Assembly (NCBI RefSeq): GCF_000150275.1 | Contig: NW_002060951.1 | Coordinates: 1,622,297-1,686,296 of the forward strand | Reading direction: 5' to 3' | From: Trichoplax adhaerens | Taxonomy: Eukaryota; Animalia; Placozoa | DNA: 64,000 nt | In this document: piece by piece, positions 14,530 through 27,181 of the stretch | How the letters are laid out: the number at the start of each line of letters is the position of its first letter | How positions within the stretch are numbered: the first letter of the stretch is position 1 | Program-made: the position numbers and the translations under genes | Notes under the pieces: model-generated | Database searches by the model: none | Told to the model about the DNA's origin: nothing | Seen by the model: only the letters and a program-made list of their open reading frames with translations

Positions 14530-17500
14530 CTAAATTAGCGGGTTTCTTTCTTCTTCATTTTCATTCAAAATACTGAAAAAACAATAAAGTAGTTACGTTA
14601 AACATAATTTAATTTTTATACCTTTGTAAGTCAAACTTACGGTAGGTATTACGTATATTAATTAAATTGTGTTAAGAAATTGCATAATATTTATCTACAC
14701 AATAATTACCGTTCAGTCTTCTTTTTATATAGTTTTTCCCAAAGAGTTAACAGAATTACTATTAAACCCTGTAGAGTTATTAATCAATAAGAAAAGTAAA
14801 GAATTTAAGCGGACAATCTACTAGAAGTAATTCTATGATTATTTTAACTAATTACAAGAATGCATGAAACCATGCAACCATTCATGTAAGAGTCAAGTCT
14901 TTTACAAAAATACGCGTATATCATATGATATATTTGGACCAGTAAACAAACGAATACTTCAGTGTTATCTTCATACTTTTAATTATTTTACTTACTTCAG
15001 CAGCGACGGCAAAGCCTATCCCCTATTAACGGAATGAAATATTATTAAACAGTGCTATTAATTCGAGCAATATCAATTCTGAAAGCTTCGGGACAAAAAT
15101 AATTCAATAGTACGATTTCAGATCATACGATTTAATAATCTAACGGATTATGAGGTCCGACAATGACAGTTGTTGAATGAACATTTTACAAACCGCAGAA
15201 GTCTTCCGAAACAGTGCATCTGATGTTGACGTGAAAGTTCCCCCCACAATAGGACCTAATACTTGACTTTAAGTTAACAGTAAATAGTAATCCGAATAAA
15301 CGAATTTGTACTATTTCAACTTGCATGATATCATTTAATATATTTTTAAAGATGAATTTCTGCAAGTAAAACGTAACAAATACTGTAACATTTCTTTACC
15401 CGAGTGAAGAAGCAGATGAAAATAGACCAGAAACTACTGCATATAATACGAAATCTTTTTCTGTTTCATCAACTCCAGGGGATTGATTACTGTTACAAGA
15501 TTTATACATAAACATGATTTTAGAAATTTTAAATTGACAGTATCATTCGTATTGCTATAAAATATGTGTATTAGACTTTTCAAACCCAAATTCCGTAACG
15601 GCAGCATCTAACATATCTGCGTATAACGGTATCGCAGCAGCACCAGCTGCTATTCCCAATGATATCAAGGATAGAATTGTTTGTGGTAGAGATCTAAACA
15701 TTTGTTGAGCTACTTTTAGTAAAACAACACAATTTAGACATGAAATGGAACTGAATGACTTCATACAGCGGAATTTTAAAGAAAGGAGCGGGTCCAAGAA
15801 ACATCAATGCTACTCCCATTGCAAAATTGCCACCAATAATGAAAGGTCGGTATCCCTATCAATTTGCAGGTAGTGTATTTTCGTTTAGAGGTGTTAATAA
15901 TCGATGGTCGCAATGTTACATATGTAACCTGAATATTCTGTATTGCATACAATAAATCATATATCCTTGGAAATGATATCAATTTCCCAATAATATTGTT
16001 ACTAACAAAGCGATCTGATAACCATCCGAATATTGGAGAGAAAATCCCATAGCCAGCGCCCAGCGCGAGAAATACGGCTCCAAGTTCAGGTGGTGTTAAA
16101 TTTAGCTGCCAAAGACAGAAAAATTAATTGAAGTTATAAAACTTGAGAAGATTAAAAGAAATCATCGAGACTAACCGGCTTTAAGTGAAGTGAAAGTGTT
16201 GGATCAAGAAAACCAAATAGAAGCATTTGTAAAATTATTCCTATACCTGTTATTAAGAATATCAACTTATATATATATATAGATAGATAGAAAGCTGACA
16301 AGATAATAGTTGCAATTGTAATTTGAAATAGAATAAGATTTTTAACCAAATACAGCTTAGCATGCAAATCTTACACATAATAATAACTCTTGGACGGATC
16401 AATAACTGCTTCATTAGCGTTACTGGAGGTGCACTAGCTGCATCTGGTTGATAGGAGTTGCATCGCAAATAATTATTCAGTAATTTGGTGCAGTCAATAG
16501 TTGCTTAACACCTTTCATTATTATTATGATTAATATCAAGTAGTAATATGCAGAATTTATGTGCTGTATTAATTACGTGAAATTCGTGGAATAAAGTAAA
16601 TGACAACACATCCAATCACCAACAACGTCGATCCTAAAACAATAAATGGTAGCTTAAAACCGCCGGCCTATCGGAATAACAGACAAAAAATATTAAAGCA
16701 CCGGTAATGATAATGGTTGTTCCTATTTGCAATTATTGTAATATAACACATGTAGACCTGAAACAATAAGCCACCAATGGGAGGCCCTGTCATGAATCCC
16801 AATGCACCAAAGATTTCTAATGTGCTCTTTATAAATAACAAGATGAAAGCCTAAGTTGTAAGTTCGTAGCCTTGGATTCCTTGGCTTATGAGGCTGACTC
16901 ATTAAGAAGGTTATCGACAAATTTCAAGTACATTAATGATTCTAGAAACGCCGGTGTCTTTGTTGGATGTTATCAAATCCGCTCATAACCGATCTAGTTA
17001 TGTTGTTACGACACTGAGCCCACAAAAATTTTGTGTAGACTTTTTATTTTAATACTTCAGTCAAAAATAAAAATAACTTACGGTAGTTGTTGCAACATTA
17101 TCAGGGAAAATCGATGACATCATAGCTAAAGCTGCGGTCTGAGAACATGCAGCACCAATACCTTGCATACCCCGTATAAGTAAGCAAAATGCTACGAATG
17201 TTTGGTGATCCAAAATATTAGGTAAAAACCTATCAAAGTGGATAATAAAATTAAAAAATGTAATTAGAAGTAATAAAACATTGTTTAATTTATGTCATCA
17301 TTATAGCATAGGTTGAGTGCTTCAAATAAAGCCATGTCAATCTAAAAATAATCTATCCTTTCAGACATACCCGAAAAGAATGCTGCAACCCGCTTCGAAG
17401 AATAAACCAGCCCATAACGTAAATACAACACCAATACGAGGCATCTGCCACAATGTGCAAGTCAGTTAATGGTGTATTAGTTAATCGTTCAGCATAGGCT

Positions 17501-18845
17501 TTTAGTAAAAATAAAGTCAATTGCAAGACTGAAAATTTAATTAATGAAGCTACAGGCGTGCTAACAAGAATATTACACTATGTTAACATCACTGCGCGAT
17601 AAACGTAACAGTATTAATAGCTCGTGCCCATAGTAACCAAAGTAGAATAGTGCAATCGCAGTATTTTTGATAGGTAGCAGTCTAAATGCCTAGCCTATAC
17701 TGAGTAACATTGTAACGTTGCATATGATACTAACATATAATTGGAAATTAAAAGGTATAAGTGCAGTATAGTAGGCGAAGTTTAACGAGCGAGGGATCGA
17801 CTAGTAATTACATTGTAATACGTATATTATTATGAACGGTCCTTACCATAATGCCACATATTGGAGAGATGAGAAAAATGAAAAATGGATAAATCGCAAA
17901 TATAAGACCGATTTCGAAATGTTTAACATTCCTATTTTTGGCCTATAGCAGTTGAACAAGAGTTTTATTCATTACTAGGTGCTTGAGGAAATATATATAT
18001 ATTGATACCTAATTTCGTGTAAAAATCAGATTGCGTTCTTTTCCTAACGTAAAGTATTTACTTAAGAGTAACTTATAAGTATAGTATAATATATAGGTGT
18101 ATAAAATAGTTCATCTTTTATATTTTTAATTTAAATTTAGATAATAACAGTGTTAATATAAATTATTTAAAGGCGTAACCAATTACTACATAATATTCGA
18201 CATAAATAAATTCTCTAATAATTATTATAATTATCGGACCTTGGATGAAGCGTTTTTGTAGTTCTATCTTATTTTTTCATGGGTTCTAGCTTACTATTAG
18301 AACATTAAGATGTTATAATATCTCACCAATAGCTCAGATAAACCGTACTACATAGCAGAGTAATGTTAACTGATCAATATGGTAGAGATACGTACAGTAC
18401 TCTTGCATGAGTATCAGAATGTAATATCAACAGTTTAAAGCTATAGGTTTAAAAGAATGCTGTCAAAAATCATATAAGAAATTAATGAAGGATATTACGA
18501 TGTGTCCATTTCATCAAGATATTATCACATGTTAGCCATAGCTGCATCATATCGTAATGATATACATAGATATGCATGATGCAATAAATGTTCTTAATCG
18601 AGGCAAACTTCGCTATCAAGGATAGTGTAGTTGTGGCTAAAATATACACCAACCTCTTGAGGAAAAAATGGTGCAAGAAGAGCGTAGACTGATGCTAGAA
18701 GGAAATACGTTACACTCAATAGCACCATGATGATGAGTTTGTTTCGTTTACTGGTGACTTCTGGGGTTGTTGTTGTCTCATCGCCATTTTCACTATTAAA
18801 TGACGAAACAGAATCACCAGACTTCGTGGTCTCTATATTTTGCAT
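14530..18845 (-). CDS. SLC18B1: SLC18B1-like MFS vesicular transporter, copy 3 (16 exons, intact)
   Basis: MQNIETTKSG...YALLAPFFPQE, RGMQGIGAA, GFMTGPPIGGLL, GGFKLPF, GFLDPTLSLHLKP, SDRFGYR, ending EEERNPLI* (stop 14530-14532). Splice sites and phases match the paralogs. Confidence 0.9.
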
Positions 18846-18959
18846 ATCTATAAACGAAAATCAGGGCACTGGTTCGCCGACCGGGAGTTGAACTGTCTAT
18901 TTTAGTTTAGGAGGCAGGTAGTAAGTTGTACAGTACAGTACAGTAGTTAGTAGATGGCC

Positions 18960-19265
18960 AGACTGATTATTCCTTCAGACGGACAGACGTCGCTTATTAA
19001 ATGAATGTCGAAAAATGACTACGGTACTTAGTATGGATCATACGTGTCTGTTTTCTAAATCACTGGTATTAATTTAAATAACGTTTACGATCTTTTGTAA
19101 ATATTTTCAAACAGAACGTTAGTAATAGATAATAAGATTTAATATAATATTACTTAATTCAGTAAAAATCTGTCATACAGAATTGACCTTCGGCATACTC
19201 AAGTACTGTCATAACGAAGTGTTTGGTAATTTTGGCGAGAAGACGCCGAAAATGTCTGTCCGTCT
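18960..19265. mobile_element. MITE-like element, family A copy 1
   Basis: 12-bp perfect inverted repeats AGACGGACAGAC (18977-18988) and GTCTGTCCGTCT (19254-19265). The interior aligns by eye with the reverse complement of 26245-26555. Confidence 0.7.
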
Positions 19266-19409
19266 CTGTATGTGGTTCTCTAATTAAGAATACAGTAACC
19301 TAGAATAAAAACCTCTGTTACTTTCAGAATCTAGAGACGAGTCTGACTCGCTGAGTTTACCATCAAGGAAAATAGTACAGATATTAGTACTTGGAGAGAC
19401 TATTGCCGC

Positions 19410-19533
19410 CTAATTTTGTACTTTTTTCCAGCCTGCAAAAATACCCGGGTGTAAAAGAAGAGAAACGATACGTGAAATTACCTCTACAGCATAACTATTT
19501 TAGTGGTAATTGGCGAAAAAAGTACAAAATTAG
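19410..19533. mobile_element. Short MITE-like inverted repeat
   Basis: Perfect 18-bp arms CTAATTTTGTACTTTTTT (19410-19427) and AAAAAAGTACAAAATTAG (19516-19533), with an 88-bp spacer. Confidence 0.55.
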
Positions 19534-20642
19534 CTGGTAGTCGCTCGCACTGGATAGAACAGTACATTGAAATAGTACTGTATAAAGAATAATTTGTATT
19601 AGATAAAACTGTTTATCTACTGTACTGTCTTGTTATCAAACAGCTTGAACTATAATACTGAGGTTTGCAATAAAATTATTATATAATTATAGTTTAGTGT
19701 ACACGCATACAGCACAGTACAGCATAGTAGATAACTGTATACTGTACCTCGATAGTACAATATCCTGATGGTATCTTGATAGTATCAAAACTCCACTGTT
19801 TATGCCAGAGACCTAAAGCCTCAGTAGTCCCTGGTTATGCACTGGATAAAATAGTGTGCATCTCCAGTTTTAGTCAATTCTCTGTATTCTACTACACTGT
19901 ACTGCTGATAATTATTAATAACAATTACAATCATAATATGGTAGATAAAATAGATAGGCAAAGGATATACCCCTAGTGCAATGTAGACTTTCATACAGCA
20001 AATCTTAATTTTACGAAGTTGCTGAAAGCCTGAAATCTAATCATTTTAGGTAAATTCGTAATCCTTATGCTCACGTGCCCCTTTGGATAACAAATCGAAA
20101 TGATAATTATATTTGCATGTATTTACAGTATGTTACGTATACGGACAGTGTATATCAAATAACTGACTACCTTCCGTATTGTAAGTATAAAATTTAATTT
20201 ATTTGCAAAACATATTTACACGCATCGGAAAACAAACGATCACAAATATTGTAAATTATTACTATTATTACAAAATTTTGCTTGAACATTTCAGATTTTA
20301 GTCGACATCAGGTGATATTTTGAATTAAATTATTTGTCCATACCAAAATAGGAATTAAATAAAACGTTCTAAGATTTGCCAATAAAATCATACCGGATGA
20401 TGATATTGTTCTACTGTACAGCGTTATTCGCTGTAAGCTTTAAGACTGATAGCTTTCTTCTTGCATTCATATGACATGCATTTCACGTCACGTACAGGGG
20501 ATTCAATTTATTTCCTAAGTGTAGAATAAGAATCGATAAATCCAAATCAAGTACCGAAGATTCTCATTTTCAATCGCATACTCTTCTACATACATTAAAT
20601 AATTGTAATAAATTAATGGATTAATCAATAAATTACCTTAAA

Positions 20643-20681
20643 AAAAGATCACAAAACAGATATTCTGTTTTGTGATCTTTT
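20643..20681. repeat. Perfect hairpin (18-bp stem, 3-nt loop) in the 3' UTR of copy 4
   Basis: AAAAGATCACAAAACAGA-TAT-TCTGTTTTGTGATCTTTT, about 16 nt downstream of the predicted stop. Confidence 0.85.
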
Positions 20682-20697
20682 AATTGCATGCAATGAA

Positions 20698-23600
20698 TTA
20701 TAGCGATTTTTCGCTAGTATCAGAAGAGTAGCAGATAAATCTCTCAGTATCGGAGGACATTTTTCTGAGAGAAGAGAATTTAAGTAATAAATAATTATTA
20801 TAAATCTGTACAAAAGTAATAAATCTACGAGTACTTCGCTCCTACCCAACGATGTGATAACTCTGTTTTCTTTCCCAGAGCGTAAGAAATACGATCAACA
20901 AACCCTTCCGGAGAATAATAGTAAAAACATATAATTCTTAAAATCCCTTAAAACATTTTTATACATTTCAGAATTATGCTTTTGTTAAATTGGATAAACA
21001 ACAACGCTGCAACATGATTTTTCCGGTGTTTAGATTATACCTGAGCTACGAAAATAAAGCCCAGTACCTAAAAAATACAGATAATGGTTATCATATTTAG
21101 CCATTTAGAAGAGTGGAATAATAGTAATAGCATAGTTGTGCTTTGATGAAAAGGAAAGCGTGATGGAAAACTTTAACTTAACATGATATAATAAATTAGC
21201 TTGATTCTGTATCAGTAATAAGTTTTGCTATAGAAAATTGATTTCAATGGAATTTCAGAATTTCATTTTGGGTACAGTAAAATTTTCTTCCATTAATTTA
21301 AACATGCTGCTTTAAATAAATTACATACAGATATGGTCCAACTGAAGGATGAAGTTGCAGAAGTAAAGGTGATGCCACTAATAATAGGACCTATTACTTG
21401 ACTTTAATCAAATTTGCTAATGTTATATTCACGTTGTTCAATGCTGCATAAATAAGTAGAATTAATAAAATTTGCACAAACCCTAGAGCACTGAATGCAG
21501 TAAATATTCCAGAAACCACAGAAACTGTAGAGAAATTGCTGTTGTCGGCAATCACAGTTTCCTCGTTATCATCATCATTAAGGCTAAAAAATAATTTGAA
21601 ATTGTAATTTACAAATTATAAGGAATATACAATTATTCCATAATTCACCCTGAATTCATCGTAGCAGATGCCAGAATATCACCAAAAGCTGGCGTAAATA
21701 CCGCTGCAGTCCCCATTCCAGTTATGAAGAGTGAAGGAATAATTTGCGCGATAGAGCTAATATCATAAAACAATAGTCATATTAGTGATATAGCATTTTA
21801 TGCCTCGATAGATTATTGCAGTCAACGACAGTTTCAAATAATAATAAAAAACTCAAATATTAAATAGAAAATATACAGCGGAATATTTAGATATGGAGCG
21901 GGTCCAACGAATTGTGCAGCAATTCCTATAGCAAAGCAACCACCGATAACGAACTGTCGATAGCCCTAAAAAGATGATTCGGCTTCAAGTATCAATTAAG
22001 TCAATGCAACTAAATAGTAATATTATATCACGCTTAGAGTCGATCATACTCATAGACTCATTCATTACTAACAAAGCGGTCAGATAGAAACCCAAATACA
22101 GGTGAAAATACCATATGTCCAATGCTTAATGGAAGGAAAAGCAAGCCTACCGCCAATGGCGATAAATGAAACTGTAATTGATAAAAGTAAGCACGCAAAA
22201 ATTTATTCCAACTGCATATTACTGGCCAAAGTGGAGAAGTATTTCAGGTTTACATAAGGCAATTGATGCTATAGTTTCATACCGGTTTGATATGCAGAGC
22301 TAAGCCTAAGTCTACTGAACCAAATAGGATCATCAGTAATGTCACACTGCAGCCTTTTAACGCAATAAATAGGACTGGGTATTAATCAACAATCGCCTTG
22401 GATTTTGTACGCGTACATTCAAATTTTGAATTTTTTAAATTTGATATCGAACATACTACAGAAATTCGCATATGATTGAAGATTTTATGACAACAGTCAT
22501 AATAATATATTCTTACACATTAAAATTATACGTGGATAAATCAGTAATTTCTTCATTATAGCTCCAGGAGCAGACGTACGAGAACCTAAAGCATACATTA
22601 TTCAATAAACGAAAATAAGTGTATTTATGCTATTAATAACCCATACTTAACTCGTAAATTTGTATTGTAAATCAAATACAGCATGCAGGCTCAACTAGAA
22701 GATAAAGTAGATTTTATATTTACACACTATCTATATTACGATGAAAAATTACCTTTAATTGTGGGTAAGAAGAAAATTGCTGTAAATCCAACTATTAGCA
22801 TTGTAGACCCTATAACAAGAAAGGGTAGTTTAAAACCACCCGCCTAATAACAAATCGAAATATGTCGTTGACGATCAAAAGAGCTAAAAGTAATATTAAA
22901 ATCAATCAGATATTACCAATATTATTTTAATTCTCAAACCTGATAAAGCAGTCCACCAACAGTAGGTCCAGCCGTGTAGCCTAAAGCTGTAAGAACTTCT
23001 ATCACACTCTAAATTTATTCGGTAAAAATTAAAAGGATTATCATTAACAGATCTTATAAAGTAGCTCAGTCACTTTCTTTCATCATACCTATTACTAGGA
23101 CATAAAACAGTCTATAATTTCGTAATTACTTGTAAGAACTACAATTTAACTATACTTGTCGGCGCATAGGCACTACTATGTCATCAACAAAATCAAAAAA
23201 AACATGCTCCTATTTCATTCCTATCGAACCGTTGCTGAGGCAATATTTTCGCTAAATATCGATGACGTTATTGCAAGGGATGCAGTTTGAACGCATGCCA
23301 AACCAGTCCCCTGAAAAGCTCGAGTAATAATGCAAAACCCAACAAATACCGCATTATTCAGAATGTGCGGTAAAAATCTAGGAGAACGATGGAAAGAAAA
23401 TGCATGAGATACATTTGCACATGTATAAATTCGGCTAATTTTATGTAGTAATACCAATTGCTCTTACACTTTCGTTTTATATCAATGAGCGACTATAAAA
23501 ATTTTTGTAAGGATGTGATGATAAAATTTATAGGATCTCTTAAATTAAATTGCTTTGTAATAGTTGTAATAATGTAGTACTGTAAACATACTGATAATAA

Positions 23601-25472
23601 TTATAATCTACGAATCAAATTCGATAGAAGGCAAATTGCATTATCGACAACTATGACACATTATCTTATAAACTTACCCAAAGATTATGCTACAACAGGA
23701 TTCAATCAATATACCAATGCATAAAACAAACACAGCCCCGATATGAGGCATCTTTCAATTGGTAGAGTATAAAATAAAAAATAAGTCAAATTTAAAATTT
23801 TATAATCATTGCAATATCAAATCTTAATTTTTATACAGTTCGTGGAAAATGCTAAACAATACAGTATAACGTCTGAAACGATACCCCGTAACTATTACTG
23901 CACCGGATAGGATCGTTCCTAATGTACTAACTACTGTCGATAAGAACATAGTTTACACATACTAGATTTCGAAGAATTCGGGAAGAACTTTAATAAAGAT
24001 TGTCGATATCTAAAGCATTAACTCACCATCAGCCCGCATACGAAAGAAAATAGAAAGTTGGTAGCTGGATATACAGCGAATATTAAGCCAACTGTAAACT
24101 GGTTGACATTTCTATTCTTAGCCTGAAACCATTTAATTAAGAGTAAAAATAAATTCCATAGTATTATTATACTTTCAATTAATTATTTATTTAATGTAAT
24201 GTATATATACAGTACTGCATAATATTGTAGTCAGGTAAATATTGTACTCGAGAAGCGCTCTCCGCTAAGTAAAAAATCTTTGATCAAAATAAAAGAACTT
24301 TTACTACAGCTTCATCAACCTGCTCTAGCTAGCTAATAATGAAGCCCTTATATACTTTTAACACGGTTAACCTGTACACAAATGATAATTAAAACACATA
24401 TAAATTGTGTTGTCAGTATAAATCTGTTTAACATAGATTTATATGAAATAGAATCTTGTCAATTCATTTTAGACGTTATTCAGTTTGACAATGAACAACT
24501 AGTCATCCTTTTTTTATTATTAGACAGTATGGGAGAGAAGAAAAGATAGAAAGAAAGAACAACCTCGTAATCAAAACAGGGATTACTCAATCAAAAATTG
24601 TGCCCTTGCCCTAGAAAAATAGAAAAAGGGGTTCGAGGCAGTGTCAATATTTATATATTGTACTGTAACTATACTATACTATACGATCCAGTATGTGTAC
24701 TGTACTGTATTTAACAGATTCAATCAAGAAATAGTAGGTGTTAATTGTACACTGTACAGTACTGTTGATGGAAATACGATTAAATAAATTATATATTATC
24801 AGAAATATTTATAATGCAAGACTTATTATGAATGAGAATTAGGAGGGATGCACTGTACGTAATCTATAATTTATTTAACATGACTATTTTCAGACATTAA
24901 TACAGTAGATACTCTAGTAAGCAAAATTTTATCTTTACTATCCATACCTCAACAGTAATCCAGTACTTATTTACTTATGCTGAATATTGAATGGCAGAGC
25001 ATTACCCCCGCCGTACTGTGCTGAACTTTCATAAAATGCATACGTGTATGTACAGCGTTATACTGTGCTATTCTACATTTTGACAATATACTGTGCATCA
25101 ACTATACGCGGCGTCGCTTCACCTTCGTTTCCGTCGCGGATAAACAGACTTTCATTGTTATATATGTAAGGATTATTGTATTCTAACCCTGTAAATTATA
25201 CAGGAAAGTACTGTACAGTCCTGTAAAATGATGGCAATGGGATTGTAAATAAGACATATTGGGCTTGATTCAACATACGATTAACTGGATCAACGTTGAC
25301 CCGATCCACTTACCACTGTTGGAAAGAAAGGAGCAAGGACAGCAAACATTGTTGTCACCAGAAAGCTGATAATAGATAACAGCCCTAAGATGATTATCTT
25401 CTTTCGGCGGCTAAACTGTAGGTTTAATTTATTAGCAGTCCCATCCTGAATTTTGTTGGTAAGATCATCCAT
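20698..25472 (-). CDS. SLC18B1: SLC18B1-like MFS vesicular transporter, copy 4 (16 exons, intact)
   Basis: MDDLTNKIQDG...FAVLAPFFPTV, RAFQGTGLA, GYTAGPTVGGLL, GGFKLPF, GSVDLGLALHIKP, SDRFGYR. The predicted last exon ends DTSEKSL* (stop 20698-20700; last exon less certain). Confidence 0.85.
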
Positions 25473-25898
25473 CAAGATGGAACTATTATATTATACTCGT
25501 GCGAGTATATCTCTACTTTCGTAGCAAAGGTAACCGCAATGACACCCAATACTTTGTAGACAAATTATTTACTGTACATCGTACATGTATAATTAAATTA
25601 TATATTATATGTTATATGAACAGTACATTATAATAATGTACTGTATCTCATCCTCTACAAATCGGAAGCATCCCTTGCCATTATACCCATCCGGAAACAT
25701 GACGCAGCACGCGTCGTATTGTACATTGTATGACATTTGCTTTGTGGTAAGGCCTGCCTTCCTTTTAGTAGCCCATGATACTTGTACATACAGTGTACAG
25801 TGTACAGTAAGGTCTCTAGTATACAAAATAGTGATCTACAGACCATGCGCGCAGTCTGTGGTTGTACAGTACTGTACTGTACTGTACCTAACCATGGC

Positions 25899-25913
25899 AG
25901 GGGCGGGGCGGGA
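25899..25913. promoter_or_regulatory. Tandem GC box (Sp/KLF-type) upstream of copy 4
   Basis: GGGGCGGGGCGGG in a very AT-rich background, about 430 bp upstream of the copy 4 ATG. Confidence 0.4.
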
Positions 25914-26031
25914 CTAATCAACTTCTTATATGATAGTTCGTTTTTAGTTTTTTATAAATAATAAAATTCATATTTCATAGTTAGTTTTTAGTTTTTATAC
26001 TAATAGTAAATTCTTATAATTTACTGTAGTA

Positions 26032-26136
26032 TCCCTGTCCCAAACTAGTCCCTAACTCTACAGAAAACATGTGAGAAAGAATGAGATATACACTTATACA
26101 GTAACATGTTTGCAAGGGACTAGTTTGGGAAAGGGA
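26032..26136. mobile_element. Short MITE-like inverted repeat
   Basis: TCCCTGTCCCAAACTAGTCCCT (26032-26053) and AGGGACTAGTTTGGGAAAGGGA (26115-26136) are 21/22 complementary, with an internal AAACATGT/ACATGTTT pair. Confidence 0.6.
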
Positions 26137-26244
26137 CATACTGTACTAAATTAAGTATTTAATTTGAAAAAAGAAATTGAGTCCTTGATCATGGACTACA
26201 GTACAGTACTGTACTAGGAGATCCGCATTGATCACTCACTCGTG

Positions 26245-26555
26245 GATGGACAGACATTTTAGGCTTCATCTCTCCAAAAATACCGTGTCAAAAACGTAGT
26301 AAGTCTGCAGACTACAGCCGGTCGATTCTTTCTAAATGAAGCCATATTACATTGAATCTTATTATTTGTTACTAAAATTTTGCTTGGAAACAGCTATAGA
26401 AGATCGTAAATATTATTCAAATAAATAAGCACTAGAGGTTTAGAAAGCAGACACGGAAGATACTAGGCAGCAAGGCAGTCGTTTGTCGATATTTACAGCC
26501 TCATTCAAGTTAGGATAAAAAAAGTCCGTCCGCCTGACGGAGTAATCATCAGTCT
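26245..26555. mobile_element. MITE-like element, family A copy 2 (inverted relative to 18960-19265)
   Basis: Degenerate TIRs GATGGACAGAC (26245-26255) and GTCCGTCCGCC (26524-26534). Internal blocks shared with copy 1 include CGTGTCTG.TTTCTAAA, TTTACGATCTT and ATAATAAGATT. Confidence 0.7.
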
Positions 26556-26831
26556 GTACGTATGATATTAGTTAAATGTTACTTGAGTGTGATGCAGTTA
26601 GGGAACAAGTGTACAGTACTTGACCGTACTTTATTTTAGGCATGTTTTTGGTAATATTGATATTAATATTAAGGATTACTAAGGATTACTAAGTGACTAA
26701 CGAAAAGAGGGTAAAGGAGCTAGGGATCAGATATAGAAAAATTACTTTTTTTCTTTCTTTTCGCCTCTATCGTCATCCTAGTCCCTGTTCTTTGTTCTTT
26801 TTACTGTTGAATGTTGATGACTGAAGAACAT

Positions 26832-26947
26832 AGTACTGTACACTGTACAGAGCAGTACTGTACTGTACTGTACTGTACAGTACAGTACTGCAGATCTGGT
26901 CATCATGGTCTGGCCTACAGTACAGTACAGTATGTACTGTACAGTAC
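26832..26947. repeat. (TACTG)n/(CAGTA)n pentamer tract, quasi-palindromic
   Basis: For example AGTACTGTACTGTACTGTACTGTACAGTACAGTACTG and TACAGTACAGTACAGTATGTACTGTACAGTACA. Confidence 0.8.
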
Positions 26948-26979
26948 AATAATCTGACACGGTACTACTTTTCACCTAG

Positions 26980-27181
26980 ATTGGCCCGATTTTACTCACG
27001 TGATCATTTGCGCGGCGACTGTGGTTGGCCGTTGAAAACGGCAAAACTACAAGTGATAGGCTGCGAACATTTAGTCAATCTCATTGCCATTGGTTCATCT
27101 TATAAAGACATCGTGTCCATTTAGCCAATTGGAGGAAGAAAATCAATTCAGGTTTGTTTCCCTTCACGCCCTTTGGCCAAT
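26980..27181 (+). promoter_or_regulatory. Putative NF-YB promoter: CCAAT-box cluster plus E-box
   Basis: ATTGG 26980, TCACGTGA 26996-27003, ATTGG 27089, CCAATTGG 27125-27132, CCAAT 27177. A probable 5' UTR intron follows (donor about 27269, acceptor about 28161). Confidence 0.55.

Noticed and set aside
25605-25921. Three overlapping ORFs of 73-102 aa (also 26778-26975 and 63544-63744)
   Set aside because: The Y/C/T/V/Q-rich translations come from CAGTA/TACTG repeats; there is no recognisable domain or splice context.
26671-26693. Short tandem duplication TAAGGATTAC x2 (similar micro-duplications at about 2361, 12718 and 30095)
   Set aside because: Ordinary slippage duplications.
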